Shown: positions 29,401-35,163 of the stretch, one piece after another
Position numbering within the stretch: position 1 is the first letter of the stretch
Layout of the letters: each line of letters opens with the position of its first letter
Assembly (NCBI GenBank): GCA_002269645.1
Contig: NIVC01002319.1
Span: forward strand, 1-35,163
Direction: 5' to 3'
From: Macrostomum lignano
Taxonomy: Eukaryota
DNA length: 35,163 nucleotides
Program-made: the position numbers and the translations under genes
Notes under the pieces: generated by a model
Databases searched by the model: none
The model's input: the letters and a program-made list of their open reading frames with translations, nothing else
What the model was told of the DNA's origin: nothing

Positions 29401-30448
29401 GTTCGTTTTGTAACTCCTAGAGCCGGTTATCGTCTCCAGAGCTCTGCTACTAAAGTTCCCGAAGTTTCGCGAGTAGAAACAATTTCAAAAGCTTCTGAAT
29501 GCTTTTCAGACACCAGTGAAGAAGCCGACCTTTCTTTTTATGATGCTAATTTAGATTTTAATGACTCAGCTTCGATTACAGTGCCGGCTATTCGCACTTC
29601 TCGGCGCAAGGCCAATCCTTTGACTTCTTTGCACGCTGAAAAGTCACCTCGGTATTTAGTTGGTGAGTCAAAATCTGTGTCAATTTCAATAGATCAGACA
29701 CAATCGGCATCGCAGTTGTTTAAGCAGACAAGTTCTGTCGTAACTCCAGTAAGCGAGACGAAAGCTTCGCCGCTTAATGCGTCTGTTAGCAAGAGTGCTC
29801 CCGAAACTCAAACCCAGTTTGTTGAGCGTGATGCCCCGACATCTGTATTCAGAGTTAATGTTCTGCCTCGTGTAGGAAGTTTGACAAAACAATTTCACAG
29901 GACGTCTGAATCAGTTTTTCCATGCCCGAGATTTCATAAGAGCAAAATCTTGGGTCCTTCAGCAATGGTGAGGATCCTTAAGCCTACAATTGAAGTGAGT
30001 CATGAAACGAAAGACCCCGCTCAAGGTCTTCGTGCATCTTTGTCTACTGTTGCATCGATTCCTTCAACAAGTAAAAGTCACGTCACTGTCCTACAAGGAT
30101 CCGATCAACTGCCTTCTAAGGGAAATCTTCAAGACCAAGGTAAAGAAATGTCTTACGTGCTAGCATTTCTGATTTAGTAATATCCTAACAGGCTAATTTG
30201 GGTATTAGTTAGATTTGTGTTTTTTTCTGATTACATTGAATAAAGAAAAAAATTAGTGGTTATATTGTTGAAAATCATTGCATTATATTGCATATTTTCA
30301 TTCACATATTTTTGTGCTTTACCTATCCTAGGATTGTTTTTACTCATTGTCAGGATCTCGACTGTTTGTGAAAGGTCAGTTCCGACCTGTCCGGGTAGTC
30401 GTCTCACCTGCAAGCAAAGCGGCTTCCCGATCTGATGCCCCAATCTAA
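20280..30448 (+). CDS. Ankyrin-repeat protein with a BCOR/BCORL1-like ANK+PUFD module, ~1380 aa: join(20280..20311,25654..25816,26287..30139,30354..30448)
   Basis: Donor AAG|GTAAGT 20311, acceptor ttttAG|A 25653, donor AAG|GTATTC 25816, acceptor ctttAG|GTT 26286, donor CAAG|GTAAAG 30139, acceptor cattgtcAG|G 30353, stop TAA 30446-30448; phases 2,0,1 are consistent (4143 nt). Three ankyrin repeats at ~28147-28500 (GRSSLHIA, GLTPLMLAC, GNTLLHEAV..LVDFGAD). Exon 1 is the least certain part. Confidence 0.82.
21798..22110. repeat. Pyrimidine-rich (T/C) low-complexity tract, intronic
   Basis: Nearly pure T/C on the + strand; it explains the F/S/L-rich spurious ORFs. Confidence 0.95.
22293..22920 (+). 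mobile_element. Helitron-like non-autonomous element (5' end clear, 3' end not defined)
   Basis: Starts A|TCTCTATATATAAAAATC followed by TGTATCTGTCTGTGTGTG and CTCCCAAACCGCTCAACCAAATGATACCAAACTT, a pattern typical of invertebrate Helitron-derived families. Related subrepeats (CCGAT..TTCAAA.TT) lie near 22535 and 22783. It is CpG-richer than its flanks. No CTAG plus hairpin end was identified. Confidence 0.45.
23540..24440. repeat. GA-rich purine low-complexity tract (~900 bp), including a short (GA)n run
   Basis: Directly visible; source of the E/R-rich and S/L-rich spurious ORFs. Confidence 0.95.
24687..24861. mobile_element. Small MITE-like element with AATCCCGGGATT-type subterminal repeats and right end GGGATTGCAATCCCTA
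   Basis: A palindromic right terminus and several (A)ATCCC.GGA(T) motifs; degenerate left terminus CAGGTATTGGAATTCCCCGGG. No TSD. Confidence 0.4.
24862..25390. repeat. Adjacent T/C-rich (~24862-25140) and G/A-rich (~25160-25390) low-complexity tracts of opposite polarity
   Basis: The strand purine bias flips near 25140-25160. Confidence 0.9.
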
Positions 30449-31230
30449 CGGCTTAAATTGCAAGACTAAGTTTACAAGTCCGTATTAACTTGTTAATATG
30501 CATTAAACTGTGTTAGTTGGTTTAGCTCCTCTGTTGTACTGAAGCTGATGAGATCAGAAAATTGTTAAAACTTAAACTTGCTTGTGCTGTTTGATGTTTA
30601 ATTGGATCTCACTTTCTCTTGTTTTTAGTAATTTTCATATGTACCATTGAAGCGGTGCATAGTTAATAATTAAATCCTTGGCTAAATGGTCAAGCAAATT
30701 GCTTTTGTTTGTTTCATGTTTTGTTCTCATGATTGGGCTGTTGCAGTTTCTTTCAGCCCTGTTTTTGCTAAATTTTATAAGCCATGTTCACACTTCACAT
30801 TTCTCCATCTCTTTGTGGGCTAGCTGCCTCAATGGCTCAATGTAGTTGTTTGGTCTTTCTGCAAAAATGGACATGGTGTCGTAGTACAACTTGTTCGAGT
30901 ATGTCATGACCATAACCACATATACTAGAATGACTAGTAACTGATCCGTAAATGTCACTCGAAATTAAGGTGTGAAAATAGTAAATTGTCTACTGTTTTA
31001 CTCGTTGTCAATAGTGTCTTGAAATTAAATATGACAGCTACAGTTCTCAGGGTTTGCGGCCTCGGGGAGCATATGGAGTAAAGAAAGAATAACAGGTATT
31101 TAACTCGAGGTACACAAGCGAATGCAAGACGGGCGACGCAAGAGTTGCGGCAGAGCCCCCCCCCCCAGGGCTGACCCGCGACCTGATGCTTTTAAGATCA
31201 CAGCGTTTTAACAAAAACGGGCGAGACTCC

Positions 31231-31380
31231 GCCCAAGGGGGCAGGCCCAATATAGCTCAGCCAATGAGCGAGCAGTAAGGAGAGAGGTCAAAGTCAAACG
31301 GTCGAAACTCAGCCTAGGGGGGCAGGCCCAATCTAGTTCAGCCAATGAACGAGCAGTAAGGAAAGATGTTAAAGTCAAAC
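31231..31380. repeat. Tandem duplication with an 81-bp period, each unit carrying two CCAAT words, in a CpG-rich patch
   Basis: Units start at 31231 and 31312: GGGGCAGGCCCAAT.TAG.TCAGCCAATGA.CGAGCAGTAAGGA.AGA.GT.AAAGTCAAAC. Confidence 0.88.
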
Positions 31381-32554
31381 AGACACAAGCGGGCAAGAGA
31401 GAAGCCTAACTGTTTATTGGCTTGGTTGGGGCGCCACCCCTTTTCTCTTGCTCACGTGCACATTAACTAGATTTACGTTTTTCAGTTTTATTGCAGCCTT
31501 CAGCCTTCGAATTCATTTAAAAAAATAATTTCGAGTCTAAGGCAGTCTGGAAAGTCTACGAAACAGGATGAAGATGCTTATTTTAATGGGTTTGCTTTTA
31601 GAAAGTCAGAGGCAATGGCAGCTCTAAGAACTTGTAGTATGTAAAATTAAGAAAATGTTTATTTACTATTGTATAAAGGCAAAAACACTAATTTTGCTAC
31701 TTAAAAAGTGATGAGTGCCTTTCACAAGTGACAGCTTTTCTAGTATCTGTGGTTATAGCACGAAAACTCAAAAATAAGACTAATTTTCAATTTTTGTCCT
31801 TAGTGATTTGCTTGCTTTCACAATTAAGTGTTACCAGACATTCGATTTTGTAAAATAATTTGATAAAGTCAGTCTTTGTTTCTTTCAGTTCTCAGTTGTC
31901 TTGCAATTTGCGCTTGTTTTAAAATGTGTGTTTTGTTTATTTATGCTGACTTGTGGTAACTGAAATTATTTTTATTACGTCTCAAAGCTTTCAGTTGCTA
32001 GTAAAGTAGTATGCGTTGCAAATATGATAAAAATACTAGAAAAAAATATTATTTTCCTTTAGTCCGCATTGAAGGTCTTATGTAGAGTTTTTCATTGGGT
32101 AGAAAAAGGCTTTCGAAAAAATTTCCTAGTTTTTTGTTCTGATTTTTTAATTCTCATAACTAAACGTGCTTGTTGCCCTCAAATGTCTTACCCTGTGCCG
32201 TTTTATTTAAATAAAGCTTTCATTTGGAGTGTAACTTGCTGCTCTAACTAAAATTGGCAGTTAGCCAAATGGAAATTTTATACTGCTCACCGGATGTGTT
32301 CGTTTAGAAATATGGTTTAGGATGTGTAATAAATAAAACCGCTGTATAAAAAACTAAAAATTCTGTAAAATATTATACTCATAATTAAAACTGTGCAAGC
32401 CCCATAAGGCTATTAGCCTTCATTTTATAAGGTTTTTCTGCTAACCTTTAATTTTTAGTGGTTTTTATTTATCTTTTAGATCTTGCCATAAAATGTCTTT
32501 ATTTAGAGCAGTTCGATCATTAAGATCGAAGACAAAAAGGTTTTGAATATAAAA

Positions 32555-32810
32555 GCACCTTGGTCATCGAGGCACTTGGATCGGACACTTGCGAAAGAAC
32601 AAGTTGAGGCGGCACACGCTGACCTGTTGCGCGCCGCCTTTTAGCTCGATCGGCGACAAACGATTTTGAATGAGGCACTATTCCGTCGTGCAGGCCTATA
32701 TAGTCCGTCGAAAGCGACATGTCTGTTTCGCCGTTGGCGACTCCAGCTGGCATCATCGCACCGAGTTGCACCACCCACGGCTAGAGCCGGTTACAGCAGG
32801 CACCCTTGAT
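32555..32810 (+). mobile_element. Decayed RTE-clade retrotransposon ORF2 C-terminal remnant
   Basis: The + strand reads TLAKEQVEAAHADLLRAAF*LDRRQTILNEALFRRAGLYSPSKATCLFRRWRLQLA, then after a frameshift HHRTELHHP. This fits the RTE C-terminal pattern (..LLR....NE.L..R.....S..LRRRRL..AGH..R) and continues naturally from the EQQVD seen at 5845-5915. Confidence 0.65.
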
Positions 32811-33691
32811 GTATACTGCAACATTGAAAAAATAGGATACACTCGTACAAGTCTCCCTATCTATGAGTGTACATGTACAGCATACATGTATATGTATAAG
32901 ATTTAGACACTAGCTAGTACATTTATGTAAGTTAATTATTGTACGTGTTAAATACTCTGTGGATATAACTGGGAGCTGATGCAAGTTTCTAATGGCACGT
33001 CGAAAATTTGGCAACTTTGAGCCTGACATGCCTGATCCAAGCTATAATTACTATTGTGTACAAGTTTGAAATGCCGAAAAGCACCAATAAGAGGATCAAA
33101 TCAGACTAATTTGTATGTGCAAGTTTTCAATTTTGGCATTGGAAAAGTCATATCGAACCTTTTTACTTTAGCAAGTGTACGAGTAGATTTAGTAAGTAAG
33201 TAACTCTCGTAAATTAAAAATGGCATCTTTAGCCTGTACATGTATTGCTATTGTACATAACGGTGTTACATGCACATTAGCTGGTCACTTTTTGCCTACT
33301 CTTTGGTCACCTTGTCTTTAGACGAAAATCTTTTCCCTTTCGTCTGAATCGTCCACTTATTTAAAGAAGTCAACATTTAATGCAACTGAATTAGACTATT
33401 TTTTCTGACTTCTGAGATTACGCTTAAGATCTGAAATCATACTCCGCAAAATTTATTGATTACTAAAACAAAGTGAACCTAGAGTAAAAGCAAATTTTTA
33501 ATATAAAATCTTTAAATAAAAGTTATTACGTGACAATATCAATTATTATTGTATGGTTTAATTCTGATAAGTTCTATTTTGTTTGCATATCACCTTTTTA
33601 AATCATTGCTAGCGAAATAAAATTCATTAAGTTTTTAAATGGTAAACAGACAGACATCGTTTGCGCTAATTTAATGTACGTCAGCAGACGA

Positions 33692-33856
33692 CAGGGGTGG
33701 ACCGTGAAAAATTTCTTGAGGGGGCCAAGCTATACCTAGCAACTACAGCGCAATATTAGAAAATAGACCTTGCATTGTTACAGGCCAAAAAATAGCCTAC
33801 TTTTTTACCACTGAGGGTAGCCGAGCCGGAAAGGACCTCTCCCTGGATTCCCCCTG
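33692..33856. mobile_element. 165-bp hAT-type MITE with 8-bp TSD
   Basis: TIRs CAGGGGTGGACC / CTGGATTCCCCCTG. Flanks GCAGACGA (33684-33691) and GCAGACGG (33857-33864) match at 7 of 8 positions, the TSD length diagnostic of hAT. Confidence 0.78.
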
Positions 33857-33862
33857 GCAGAC

Positions 33863-34435
33863 GGGTATATTATGTGGTGGTCTTTCGCATTTCGCATAAA
33901 GTCTTGTAATCAAATGGCAGCATCGTCCAGTCTTATGTGATCACATAGTGTTGGTGATTATGTGCATTATCGCTTATCTCATTGTCATGACTATCATGTT
34001 ATCTGGTATTCCTATAATATATTCTTTATAAGCCTATATATTTATAAATCTCTTAAATTAAATGTAGTAGGCCCAGCTAAAGTTCGCCCATATGTGTCAA
34101 CTAAAAAGATAAAAATCAGTTATTTTTATGTAGTAGTATTGAATTGATCAAATTCATTTAATTTTAAATTAGGCCTAATGTCAACTGCCTTTTCTTATTA
34201 ATAAACTTAGTTAATGTTAGGCCTAGTTTCTTACTTGTCTTAGACTTGGACTATAAATTTCTAATATGTGATACAATATTTAATATTTCCATATTTGGAG
34301 CTTAACTTAATAAGTAATACATTTGTCAACAGTATAATACAACAATTGGGTGTATTATATTGTGGTCTTAGGTCTTTTGCATAAAGCCTTGTGATCAAAT
34401 GACAGCATGGTCTAGTCATTATATAATCATATTAG
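33863..34435. repeat. Pair of ~85-bp diverged direct repeats (33863-33948 and 34348-34435)
   Basis: Shared GCATAAAG.CTTGT.ATCAAATG.CAGCAT.GTC.AGTC.TTAT.T.ATCA.AT. Confidence 0.8.
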
Positions 34436-35163
34436 TATTAGTGCTCATATAAAATATCACTTATGTTTTATGTCTATTAATAATAACACATTCTTTTAAA
34501 ATGAAAAATAGTATTTTGCCATAGCTACAGCACAGCTATGGCTATGGGATAGCTGTTTTATGTAGCCATTATATAATTATAATTGTATAATTATATAGCC
34601 GTTTTATAATTTAGATTTTATTGAAGTTTAAAGCAACTTTAAATAAGTCTGCCTTGTTGATGAATTTGCTTAGCTTGTTTTAACTATTGACAAATTCAAC
34701 TTCTACCTATTGATGAATTAGAAATTGACAAAGTCTGTATAACCTATTCATCAAGTCTTAAATTCATAAATGTAAAATTCTAATAGTAATAGAATAATTT
34801 CAATTTAAAAAAGAAATCAATTCTTTTGCAATGTCAATTTTTAAAAAAAACTTCTATAAAACGGTGCATTGTTGTATAATATATTATAAATAAATCTACA
34901 ATAATTATATTGGCACATTCTATTAATACTGAAAAAGAATATAATTAGAAAGGAAAGGATAAAAGTTTTACAAAAAAGTATTGATCTGTTACTTTTTATT
35001 TTTAGCTTTACTTTTATTGCTTTCTCTTTTTTTATTGTAGCCAATAATCTATCAATGGAATGACAGTTAAATTAGCTAAATAAAAATGATACAATTGAAT
35101 ATCAGCTTGTCAATAAAGAATGAGTTTTTGTTAGTATGCCAGGCCCTATATATGTATATATAA

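Noticed and set aside
31497-31636. Candidate + strand exon PSNSFKKIISSLRQ...AALRTC with a GTATGT donor
   Set aside because: Short, and I could not chain it to any upstream or downstream exon in phase; left unannotated.
32520-32774. - strand ORF MMPAGVANG... as a first exon with a faint myosin-TH1 resemblance
   Set aside because: The opposite strand carries recognisable decayed RTE ORF2 motifs, which explain the GC-rich patch more simply.

Overview
Eukaryotic, intron-rich animal genomic DNA from an invertebrate. GC-rich Ala/Arg-rich exons, the SINE and the RTE remnants suggest a free-living flatworm such as Macrostomum, but that is inference only. I assembled four spliced genes by hand from GT-AG sites with consistent phases. 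(1) The 3' part of a hillarin/KY-family transglutaminase-like gene (+, 308-1940). (2) An 8-exon, ~735-aa orphan coiled-coil gene (-, 3573-9499). (3) The 3' part of a small uncharacterised gene (-, 15917-16796+). (4) A 4-exon, ~1380-aa ankyrin protein with a BCOR-like ANK+PUFD module (+, 20280-30448). The rest is repeats: four copies of a tRNA-headed CORE-type SINE, two RTE remnants, a decayed R1/LOA-type LINE endonuclease region, a mariner-like fold-back element, hAT-like and Helitron-like non-autonomous elements, mini/microsatellites and long purine/pyrimidine tracts. The most striking non-genic structure is a CpG-bearing island (~19.5-20.45 kb) between two almost CpG-free blocks, at the head of the BCOR-like gene. 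I found no CRISPR array, rRNA, genuine tRNA or prokaryotic system. Gene models, alignments and counts are manual and unverified.
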